Source: Raja brachyura
Taxonomy: Eukaryota
Assembly: GCA_963514005.1 (NCBI GenBank)
Contig: OY740807.1
Span: 30,380,001 to 30,444,000, forward strand
Direction of reading: 5' to 3'
DNA length: 64,000 bases
A model generated the notes under the pieces. That model was not told where the DNA came from. It was given only the letters and a program-made list of their open reading frames with translations, and did not search any database. Positions 10,813 through 21,189 of the stretch are shown in pieces. Every line of letters starts with the position of its first letter. Position 1 is the stretch's first letter. The position numbers were made by a program, and so were the translations under genes.

Positions 10813-12504
10813 CTGCTGAATACCTGCTTAAACCCCTTATTCTAACTTCTTCCCTCCCCTCTCGTGAAGGTGGCCTCAGCACCATTAATAACGTGGTGAT
10901 TTCAAGTTAAGAACACATTTTCACAAAATACGAATGGGGTCAGTTTAATGGAGAAGCCTCCTTTCTCTGCGTTAGCCGTTGTGCCTTTTCGCTGACATCC
11001 CAGTATCGCCCAAACGGATTTGTTTGAACAGATAATGGAAGCGTTTAGTCCTCTGCTACCTGCAAGGTGAATGCATCACCAGGCAAGTTGGCACGTGAAA
11101 AGTTATACTTGTGCCAGCAGACTGTCCAAATCTGCAGGATGCCATGGTCAAGTTGACTTTGCTCTGACTGTGGTCTTGGCAGTGGCAATTTATATGCGAC
11201 ATCTGATAACAATCAGGTGAACCGTGGCCATTATTTTCCTTTGGCAGATATTTATGGCTTTTATATAATGTAAGCTGTTGAGATAATCTCCACAAAGAAA
11301 GATGCTGAACTGTGGTAACAGTGAACTGAATTGGGTGATGAAATCTTCCTCAGCTCCAAGCTAATTCTTACCCAAGGCTTTCTGTAATTCTGCAATTTCC
11401 TGTTCTTCCCAATGTTCCTTTGATCCTAAAACCTTTCAAAGAAAGAGCTTGCATTTAGATGATGCCTTTGATAACCAAATGATATTCTGAATCGCTTGCA
11501 AAAATCACAATACGTTTTAAAGGCGGCCAGCTTTAATCACTAGCAAGGTTTCCTCATGCGCTGTTTTCTAATCTGTCGTTACTAGCACTGGATAGTCCAC
11601 CATCAGACCATGTTTTCGGACTTTGAGTGTCTCAGTCTGGATGTTAAAGGCAGACAGTTAACCCTGCCATATCTGTGGTGTGTGACCTGCAGGTGGCTGA
11701 ACAAATCCATCCATCTTGAGGTTTTGTCAGCCTGCTAAATGTATGTTCATTTTAAATAACTGCTGGGCCTGACTTGGTCTGAATCCCTCTGCGCTGAACC
11801 AACTGCAGATCAAAAGTGCTCATTCTGAAAACTACTTCCAGTTAAGTAGCTGATCTGACGCAGGCTCTCTTATTGCAGGTTATACCGCAGGATATCTGTC
11901 CCCCACTTCTGCTTCCCCTGTTAACTGATTATGCCATTAAGAAGGAATCAGCCTAGTCCGCTGTCTATTATCAGTGTTTCAAAAATTCCAGCTTTTACTT
12001 TGATAAATAACTCAGTTCAGTTCACCGAGGTACAGAGAAAAGCTTTTTGTCGCGTGCTAACCAGTCAGCAGAAAGACAATACGTGATTACAATCAAACTA
12101 ATCGCACTCCCAGTTTTGGGCAGCCATCCAGTCAAGTTGCAACATGTCGGCATAGGTTGGTGAATCAATACTCACTGCTTCTGTAACTGCATTATTGATG
12201 GAGGCTTGGCAATGATGTTCACTGCCGATACAACATGAAGCAACTCTGAACAAACAATTCGATGGAGTCTGCTCCGCATTATTCACTGAATCTACGACCT
12301 TTGGTGTTGATCGTTCTGCATAAAACAATTTGCTGCAGAAACCACGTTCAATTGAAAGCATCACATTGGTACTCGAGGAACACTGGTGAAATGCCCCCGT
12401 CAATAGATGCACATGTAGAGTTGAAATTGCGTAAAGGAGGGATTTATTGATAAACCAGTGGGTGGGTGGCAGCCGCAGGGAACAATCACCTGATTAGTAA
12501 ATAA

Positions 12505-13010
12505 CTAATCATACATTTAAAAGTCATTTGGTCAAGTACATAGATAGAAAGGTTTAGAAGGATGGGCCAAACACGAGAAGTGGGACTTGTGTAGATAGAG
12601 CATCTTGGCCGGTATGGCAAGGTGGGCCGAAGGGCCTGTTTTCGTGCTCATAAGTTCATAAGTGATAGGAGCAGAAGTAGACCATTCGTCCCATCAAGTC
12701 TACTCCGCCATTCTATCATGGCTGATCTATCTTTCCCTCTCCTGCCTTCTCCCCATAGCCTCTGACACCCGCACCAATCAAGTATCTATCAATATCTGCC
12801 TTAAAAATATCCATTGACTTGGCCACCACAGCCACCTGTTGCAATGAATTCCTCAGATTCACCAGAAATCCCACCTCATCTCCTTCCGAAAGGTACACCC
12901 TTTTTCTTTGAGGCTATGGCCTCTCATCCTAGAGTCTCCCACTTGTGGAAGCATCCTCTCCACACCCACTCTGTCCAGGCCTTTCACTATTCAGAAAATT
13001 TCAATGAGGT
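12505..13010. mobile_element. Tail-to-tail CR1 3' fragments (plus about 12505-12650, minus about 12652-13010)
   Basis: Two CR1 tails converge at about 12650. Confidence 0.8.
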
Positions 13011-13105
13011 CCACTCTGTAATAAACAGCAGAAATCTGTACCATTGTTGTATCTGACTGACCCCTCAAATGCCTGCTGTAACAGTATGCCAACAGTAAAT
13101 CCGAT

Positions 13106-13197
13106 CTGAAGAAGGGTCTCGACCCGAAACGTCGCCTATCTCCTTCGCTCCTTAGATGCTGCTGCACCTGCTGAGTTTCTCCAGCCTTCTGTGTACT
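13106..13197 (+). mobile_element. Short PLE terminal module with intact hammerhead core; 13-bp TSD with one mismatch
   Basis: CAGTAAATCCGAT 13093-13105 / CAGTGAATCCGAT 13198-13210; insert starts at CTGAAGAAGGGTCTCGACCCGAAACGTC. Confidence 0.8.
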
Positions 13198-13509
13198 CAG
13201 TGAATCCGATACAGTTGTTTCAAGCAATGTTGAAAAGGACTGCTTCCTTCTGTAGGGTCTGCTTTTCTGTGCATAGTTCACAATACCCTCCCTTAGTGTA
13301 AACACAGCCTGCTTTAGCGTAGAGATTGTATTGAGGGTCTTGTGTTCAGACCCAAGATGTTACAGATCATGTCTCCAGAATACCAACGTGTATTTATTTA
13401 GTACCTCTAACCTACTAAATTGTCTTAAAGTTCCTCATCATAGAAATTGTCTCCAAGTCGCATAAGGTAATATTTTGATAGCTGATCAAGTACTTGGTTA
13501 GAAGTTTGG

Positions 13510-13765
13510 TTTTAGTTTAGTTTATTGTCACGTGTATCGAGGTACAGTGATAAGTTTCTGTTTTGAGCTAACTGGTCAGCAGAAAGACAATACATGATTA
13601 CAATCGAGCCATCCATAGTGTACAGATACATGATAAAGGGAATAACATGGATAACATTTAGTGCAAGATAAAGTCCAGTGAAGTCTGATCAAAGATAATC
13701 CCAGGGTCTCCAATGAGGTAGATAGTAGCTCAGGGCTGCTGGTGACTTGGAAGGATGGTTCAGTT
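13510..13765 (-). mobile_element. Rex1/Babar-type LINE 3' UTR fragment (other copies at about 12014-12095, 16475-16700, 17436-17515, 33530-33800, and 54074-54130 on plus)
   Basis: Same sequence lies directly downstream of a Rex1-type coding remnant at 36880-37450. Confidence 0.7.
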
Positions 13766-13879
13766 AGAAGAGATAGATTTTAAAAGATCATATTAAATGA
13801 GGAAAAAGAGCTTTAGAAAGGTTGGAAAGAAACCTGATCAAGAGCTCTAGCATCTTACCAGCTATAGACCTCACAGATG

Positions 13880-14230
13880 TATATACATGAGAGGTATAGA
13901 TCGGGTAGACAATCTGAACCTTTTTCCCAGGGTGGAAACGTCAAAGACCGTAAGGCTGAGTATTAAGATGAGAAGGGCAAAATTAAAAGGAGATGTGTAG
14001 GGCAATCTGTTTTACATAGAAGGTGGTGGGATTCTGGGATGTGCTGCCAGGGGTGGCGGTGGAGGCAGATATGATAGTGGCGTTTAAGAGGCTTTTAGGT
14101 AGGCAAATGGACAGGGAATGGAGAGATATGGAGTCATGTGCAGGCCGATTAGATTATTTCATCTTGGCATCAAGTTGGCATTGATATAGTGGGCCGAAGG
14201 GCCTGCTCTTGCACAGTACTGTTCGGTGCT
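13880..14230 (+). mobile_element. CR1 3' fragment
   Basis: GGTGGAGGCAGAT..GCGTTTAAGAGGCTTTTAG..GGGCCGAAGGGCCTG. Confidence 0.8.
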
Positions 14231-14813
14231 CTAAGTTGCCGATGATGGAGTGATTAAAATTGGAGATATACAAGAGGCCAGAACTGTGAGGAGCGGCGAT
14301 CTCAGGGAGCTGTGGGACTTGCAGAGTTCATTTGGGATAAAAATAAAATCTTATCATTTTAGATTGTATCCAATGACTATTAAAAATGACCCCAGGGATT
14401 TTTTTCAGATTCAATATAACACAACATGAGTTACACTGTACAGCTGTTACACAGAAGTCAGCCCAACTCAGCAGAGCTCCATTCTTTAGGAATAGCGCTT
14501 TTAAAATGTGGTTAAGATTTTATCAATAAAATATTACTTTTGCATTCAAATGTGTGAATGTAGTGATCTTGAGAGGACAGACATGCAGAGGGATAGTCAG
14601 AAAATCTATAGGAATTGTATCCTAGATGCATGATTAATAATGAACAGGGATTTAGATTTGGAAAATTGTTTAGTTAGTTAATCCGAAGAATAAATCCATC
14701 GTTCTCATTCTTGAACTTTTAACCACAGATTGGAATTAATTTTACTTGAGTTTTATGGGACAGCTGAATAACCTCATTATGTTGTTGGTAGTCTCCCAGC
14801 TAATTGGTATTAA

Positions 14814-15120
14814 TTTAGTTTAGTTTAGAGTTACAGTGTGGGAAAAAAAGCTGTTCAGCCCACTGAGTCCTCACCGATCAGCGATCACCCGTGCACTAGT
14901 TCTATATCCTGCACACTAATGACAATTTACCAAAGCAAATGAACCTATAAACCTGTGCATCTTTGGAATGAGGAAGGAAACTGGATCACTCGGGAAAAAC
15001 CCACGCGGGCACAGGGAGAACGTACAAACGCCACAGAGACAGCAGCTGTAGTCAGGATTGAACCCGGGTGAGGATTGAACCCTAGGCACTGTGAGATAAC
15101 AGCTCTACCACTGCGCCACA
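14814..15120 (-). mobile_element. V-SINE
   Basis: Tail, V-domain and head. Confidence 0.85.
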
Positions 15121-15319
15121 GAGTCACCCAAAACTACCAACTATTACTGGGTCTCCCATCAGCAAAGCAAATCCAGCCACTAGCAACACTATTACCACAG
15201 TGGTTCTTATTTGGTCAACTTCCCAAGCTTCTGTTCGTAAACATGCTTAGACCTATTGCAATGGATAGATTATTTCCTATTGCTACAGTACCGGCCTCAA
15301 ATGACATATTCATAGTAAG

Positions 15320-15530
15320 GTCATAAGGTCCAAAGTGATAGGAGTAGCATTAGGCCATTCGGCCCATCAATTCTACACGGCCATTCAATTATGACTGATC
15401 TATCTCTCCCTCGTAACCCCATTCGCCTGCCTTCTCCCCATAACCCCTCACACCCATACTAATGAAGAATCTGTCTACCTCTGCCTTAAAAATATCCATT
15501 GACTTGGCTTCCACAGCCTTCTGTGGCAAG
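15320..15530 (-). mobile_element. CR1 3' end
   Basis: GGCCATTCGGCCC..CCTGCCTTCTCCCCATAACCC. Confidence 0.8.
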
Positions 15531-16902
15531 CGAGCTGCCACATAAAAAACAATCAGGATTCATGCCTTCTATATTTTCCAGAGTCATTGTTACTGAAATA
15601 ATTTTGGAATGTAATTGGTTCTGAACTCAGCCCTCTTAATCATTTACACGAGACCATAATCTCAGCTCTATTAAATCAATTCTCTTCTCCAAGTGCTGGA
15701 GTAACTCAGGGGGCCAGGCAGCATCTCTGGAGGACATGGCTAGGTGATGACAAGTGATTGGCCTGTTTCCGTGCTGTAAGTCTAAACTAAACTAAACTAA
15801 AATGTTTTTTCCCCCCCCCTCTGTTTAAACACACTATAGATCAAAGCAATTAATTATGGTAGTCATAAAACTAAATTGTCATTTTTTTTGCTGAGGACAC
15901 TTTGAGCATTTTCTCAATATTTCAGTTTATATACTCTGGGTAAGAGGTGAATTATGGACTATTCTTTTGCATCTTCTGATTCAAATGGTATCCATACTAA
16001 TCATAGCTATTTCAATTTTCAATTTCGCTTTGCAGTGCAAAATTGTTGAAAATTATGTTTTCCAGAACTCTTAGAAATTTGACAAAATTTCACTGGATGT
16101 ATGTTAAAATAAATTGATTTATTAAGATCATAACAGAACCAATTTATTTATAATGTTATTCTTTTGACATGAGAATGCAATATACTGGAACAATCAAGTT
16201 TTGATGCTTTATAAATTGATTTCATTTAGTGTTTACCTAACAACAAGTAGGTTCTGTGCCCTTATGGGGCGCATCAGAATCTTAACGGGCACACAAAAGC
16301 AAAAAACCAAAGTAGGTTAACTAGTGTGCATCAGTGTACTCTCAACATTCTGCATGGCGTTGTTGGCAGTGATATTAAGCAGTACTTACCCATCAATAAC
16401 CTGCTAATAGATGCCTAAGTCTAATGCTTCTTGGCCCCGACCTTAGCAAAGCCTTCAACCAAATGTGGACCAGTTCAGTTTAGTTTAGTTTATTGTCGCG
16501 CGTACTGAGGTACAGTGAAAAGCTTTTGTCGAGGGCTAACCAGCCAAAAGAAAGACGAAACATGATTAGACACAGGATAAGGGAATAACGTTTAGTGCAA
16601 GGTAAAGCCAGCAAAACCGATCAAGGATAGTCCAAGGGACAGCAATGAGGTAGATTGTACTTCAGTACTGCTCTCTGGTTGTGGTAGGATGATTCAGTTT
16701 CTGTGTAGTCAAAAGTTGGTCACACAGATACACTGGAGAGGGTGCAGAGGAGATTCACTGGGATGGTGTCTTGGATTCTTAGTGGTTCAATTATGAGGAG
16801 AGGCAGGATAAGCTAGGTCTGCTCCCCCTTAAGCAGAGGAGGTTAAGAGGAGACATGATGGAGGTATATAGAATTATAAGGTGTATAAAGTATGAAGGAC
16901 AC

Positions 16903-17140
16903 GTGTTGGAGGGAACTGCAGATGCAGGTTTACACCGAGATAGATACAAAATGCTGGAGTAACTCAGCGGGAGAGGCAGCATCTCTGGAGAGAAGGAATC
17001 GGTGATGTTTTGGGTCTAGACCCTTCTTCTCACTGGCGCTGAACTCTCAGTCTGAAAAAGGGTCTCAGCCTGAAACGTCACCCATTCCTTCTATCCAGAA
17101 ATGCTGCCTGTCCAGCTGAGTTACTCCAGCATTTTGTGCC
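16903..17140. mobile_element. Inverted pair of PLE terminal modules
   Basis: Minus copy about 16903-17030 and plus copy about 17045-17140, each with a mutated hammerhead motif. Confidence 0.8.
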
Positions 17141-17518
17141 TACAAGGGACACTTTGTTGAATCTGTTGTAATCTCGAATGCTCTCATTGAGTAAGAACTA
17201 GAAGTAGTTTCAATACAGCTTTCAGAAGAGTAATGGTTTTCTGGGAACAAATTGGAGAGCTGAGAGCAGAAGTAGGGGAGGGTTGGTGATAGATTAGAGG
17301 CATAGGAGCGTACAACATAGAAATAGACCAGTCGGCAAACGTCCATATTTATCCCATTGTCCAGCACTTCGTCCATAGCCTTCAGTGCCTAAACACTTCA
17401 AGTACTTGTCTAAACAATTCTAAATGTGGACCAGTTCAGTTTAGTTTAGTTTATTGTCACGCATACTGAGGTACAGTGAAAAGCTTTTGTCGAGTGCTAA
17501 CCAGACAGAAGAAAGTGA

Positions 17519-18003
17519 AGGGCCTGTTCCACTTGGATGACCTAATCCATGAGTTTCGAAGACCCTAGACGAGTTGAAAAATATGTCAAGGTCGCGTTGA
17601 CTCGCCAAAGTAAAAGATCTCCAACGACCTCCTACGACTATGTCTACGACCTCCTACGACCCCCTCGACCCCAGTCTTCCACACCTAAGACCAACTACGA
17701 CTAGCTACGAGTGGAAAATACTCACATGATAAAATTATGTCATGTTTGCATTTTTTTTCTCGGGCCAGTTATCGACCTATGGCTACCTACGACTACTACC
17801 GTGGACATTTTTTATCTGGACTGGAAAAAACGCCGCGACCTACTTGAGGCCACGAGTACACGGAGAACACTCACGAGCATGAGGAAGAATTACAAAGACC
17901 TCCAACGACCTCCTATGACCTCTTGGCGACCATGCTGCGAGTATGAGTCAAGGGCAAACTCGGCAGAGGTCGCCAATTAGGTCGTGAAAGTGGGACAGGG
18001 GCT
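17519..18003. mobile_element. PIF/Harbinger-like MITE with internal (CTACGAC)-type repeats
   Basis: TIRs AGGGCCTGTTCCACTT / AAGTGGGACAGGGGCT; TGA at 17516-17518 and 18004-18006. Confidence 0.75.
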
Positions 18004-18192
18004 TGACTTAGCTTCAACCACTCTCTCGGGCAGTACATTACAAGTACTAACCACTCTTTGGCTGAAGAAGGTCCCCCTCATTTCCCTTCTGAATGTATAT
18101 CCCCCTTAGGCTAAATCTGTGTTCTCTGGTTTTATTTACCTTTTATATTAGGAAAGGTTTCAATCAAAGCTTTTCATTAAAAGCTCAGTCAA

Positions 18193-18505
18193 ATAGAAAC
18201 ATAGAAACATAGAAAGTAGGTGCAGGAGTAGGCCTTTCGGCCCCACGAGCCTGCAGCACCATTCAATATGATCATGACTGATCATCCAAAATCAGTACCC
18301 GCTTCCTACTTTTTCCCCCATATCACTTAATTCCGTTAGCCCAAAGAGCTATATTTAACTCTCTCTTGAAACACCGAGTGAATCGGCCTCCATTGCCTTC
18401 TGTGGCAGAGAATTCCACAGATTCACAACTCTCTGGGTGAAGATGTTTTTCTTCATCTCATCTTCATCTTCATCTTCTAAACGGCCTACTCCTTATTCTT
18501 AAACA
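18193..18505 (-). mobile_element. CR1 3' end
   Basis: (AGAAACAT)n tail; GAATTCCACAGATTCACAACTCTCTGGGTGAAG. Confidence 0.85.
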
Positions 18506-18999
18506 GTGAAATATCAAGCCTGGCATGTTTTGTCATGGAAAACATTTTAGTAGTACAAGATTTTCCAAAGCCCTCTCCAGCGTGTCTGAATTTCTTTGTC
18601 TCTGTGGTCTCTGAAGGGAGAGGTGCAGCTACAAGATACGTACATTTTAGTGGTAGCAAAATACTTGGGTTAATTCGTCTCTCTGTCAAACGGAGCATTG
18701 TCTGATTACCATGAGCAACATTGCCAGTTATATGGACTACATGCTGGCTGCTTTCTGCAGTAGTCAGATGATGAATGGGAACATAAATAATGTGACGGAT
18801 CTGCTATTAATAAAATAAAATTAAATGTATTAGTTATGCTATGGTCTGCTTTACAAAGAATATCAGCAACATGTCTGCATGAAAATAATAACAGGACTGT
18901 GGTCGTCGCAAGCCAGCAGATTGTTTTTTTTTAAGGAATAACTTTGGACAGTACAATCTCGATACAATCTAATATCTGTGTGATACAATACAGAAACAC

Positions 19000-19352
19000 G
19001 CCCGCTTCCATTTATACAATAACTGCATTGAAACAGATTATCCCAAGGAACTTCACAGGACATTTACCAAGCAAAATTTAATGGGAAAATATGTTAGAAT
19101 AGATGATTAAATCTTTGTCAAAGAGTAGAGATTTGGTGCAATTTAAAGGTGATGACGAGTTAGCCAGGGTGGCAGGGAAGGATTTCTAGAGCTTAGAGTT
19201 CTGGCAGACAAGTACTCTGCTACCAATGTAATTTAATTTGGGAATGATCAGGATACCAGAATTAGTGGCGTGTGGGTATCTTGGATTGCCGAGCTGGAGT
19301 AGATTACAGAGAGATGGGGAAGGAAGGGCATGGAGGGATTCTGGAAACAGGA
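19000..19352 (-). mobile_element. L2 LINE 3' fragment (old)
   Basis: Minus translation LCNLLQ..NSGILIIP..IGSRV resembles the L2 ORF2 C-terminus; related pieces at about 14235-14335 and 47100-47190. Confidence 0.6.
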
Positions 19353-19357
19353 AACAA

Positions 19358-19900
19358 GAGTTTGTACGTTCTCCTCGTGACCTGCGTGGGTTGTCTCCGG
19401 GCGCTCCGGTTTCCTTCCACACTCCAAAAACGTACAGGTTTGTAGGTTAATTGGCTTCAGTAAAATAGTAAATTGTCCCTAGTGTGTGTAGAATAGTGCT
19501 AGCTTAGAGATACAGCGTGGAAACAGGCCCTTCGGCCCATCGGGTCTGTGCCGACCAGCGATCCCCACATATTAACACTATTCTAGGGACAATTTTTACA
19601 TTTACCAGGCCAATTAACCTACAAACCTGTATGTCTTTGGAGTGTGGGAGGAAACCAAAGATCTTGGAGAAAACCCACGCAGGTCACGGGGAGAATGTAC
19701 AAACTCTGCACGGACAGCACCTGTAGTCGGGATCGAACCCGGGTCTCCAGCACTGCATTCGTTGTCAGGCAGCAACTCTACCGCTGCACCACCGTGATGC
19801 CGCACAGTGTTCAGGGATCGCTGGTCAGTGCAGACACGTTGTGTCGAAGGGACTGTTTCCGTGCTATATCTCTCAACTAAACTAAACTAAACTAAACTAA
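19358..19900 (+). mobile_element. 5'-truncated V-SINE with an opposite-strand V-SINE (19502-19797) nested inside
   Basis: Plus V-domain 19358-19500 resumes at about 19806 and ends in (CTAAA)n; a full minus copy lies between. Confidence 0.85.
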
Positions 19901-20367
19901 AGTAAACTAAAAGGATAACAACATCTAGCACTATAACAATCAGGGCAGAACTGCAAGGGCCAAGCAGACTTACTCACCGAGTCGGTGAGGCTGGTTGGCC
20001 CCATTCTACCCACACCGGCTCGGTCTCCTATCACGGCTGTTCCTGTGATCTTCTCCCACACACTGTTTTTTTGTTCATTTCCCACGTAAGAATAGTTGGG
20101 AGTTTACGAACAGTTCTCAAGAGAACCATGTCATCACCTGAGGACTGCATTTATTGGTCTTGAAAGGAGTGCAGCAGCACTTGAATATTACCAGGTCCTA
20201 AATGTTGGATTATGAACAAAAATAACATGAAGCCAATTGTATTCCCTTGAATGTAAAAGAACAAGGCCAGTTTGATTGATTTTAGTATTTTGAAAGGTGT
20301 TATTTGAATAAACAGTAGAGCTATTTACCCCGGAATAAGGACATTTGTCTCACACTGTTGTAACCAT

Positions 20368-20695
20368 GGGGCGGCAGAGTGGTGCAGCGGGTAGAGCTGC
20401 TGCCTCACAACGTCCGAGAGGCCGATTTAATTCTGACCTTGGGTGCTGTCTATGTGGAGTTTACACGTTCTCCCTGTGATTGCGTGGGTTTCTATCGGCT
20501 GTTCCGGTTTCATCCCCCATCCTAAAGACAGGCGGACGTCTTGTAGGCTAATTCGCCCCCGTAAATTGTCCCCAGAATGAAAAAGTGGGATAGCGTACAA
20601 TTAGTGTGAACGGGCGATGGATGGTCAGCGTAAACTCGGTGGCCGACGGGCCTGTTTCCATAGTATTTTTCTAAAACAAAAACTAAAACTAAATA
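20368..20695 (+). mobile_element. V-SINE (diverged subfamily)
   Basis: Head, V-domain and tail. Confidence 0.8.
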
Positions 20696-21189
20696 ATTCA
20701 GGAAACAGATCATTCAAGAAAGTTTCTCAATGCAAAGAGGGGCAGCCTTCCTCTCACACCAAGACAGTCTTCCTCTGACCCCTAGATCCTGTTAACACTG
20801 GGTTTGTAGGTTAATTCAATTAATAATTGTAAATCCAGTATTAACAGGGTTGTTTGACTAAGGCATAAAGACATTGATGTAGATGGATGGATGGACACAA
20901 AATGTATGGTTTAAATCAATGGGTCAGGCAGCATCTCTGGAGAAAATGTTTCGGGTCGGGACCCTTCTTCAGACTGATTGTAAGGAGGTTGAACTGGAAG
21001 CAAGAAAAGACCAGGACACGGAGATAAGATAAGTCTTTTCCCACTCTTGGTTCTTGATATTCAGCATGGACTGCGTACGTCGAAGGATCTGTTTCTCTGC
21101 TCTATGGCTCCATCACTCTACATTCACCTCCTCCAGGTTCTCTCTGATGTATTAAACAAAGTAAGTTATCAATAGAAACACAGAAGGTT

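Noticed and set aside
17620-17940. CRISPR-like or minisatellite repeats (CTACGAC)
   Set aside because: Irregular short motifs inside a TIR-bounded MITE; no repeat-spacer periodicity, and the context is eukaryotic
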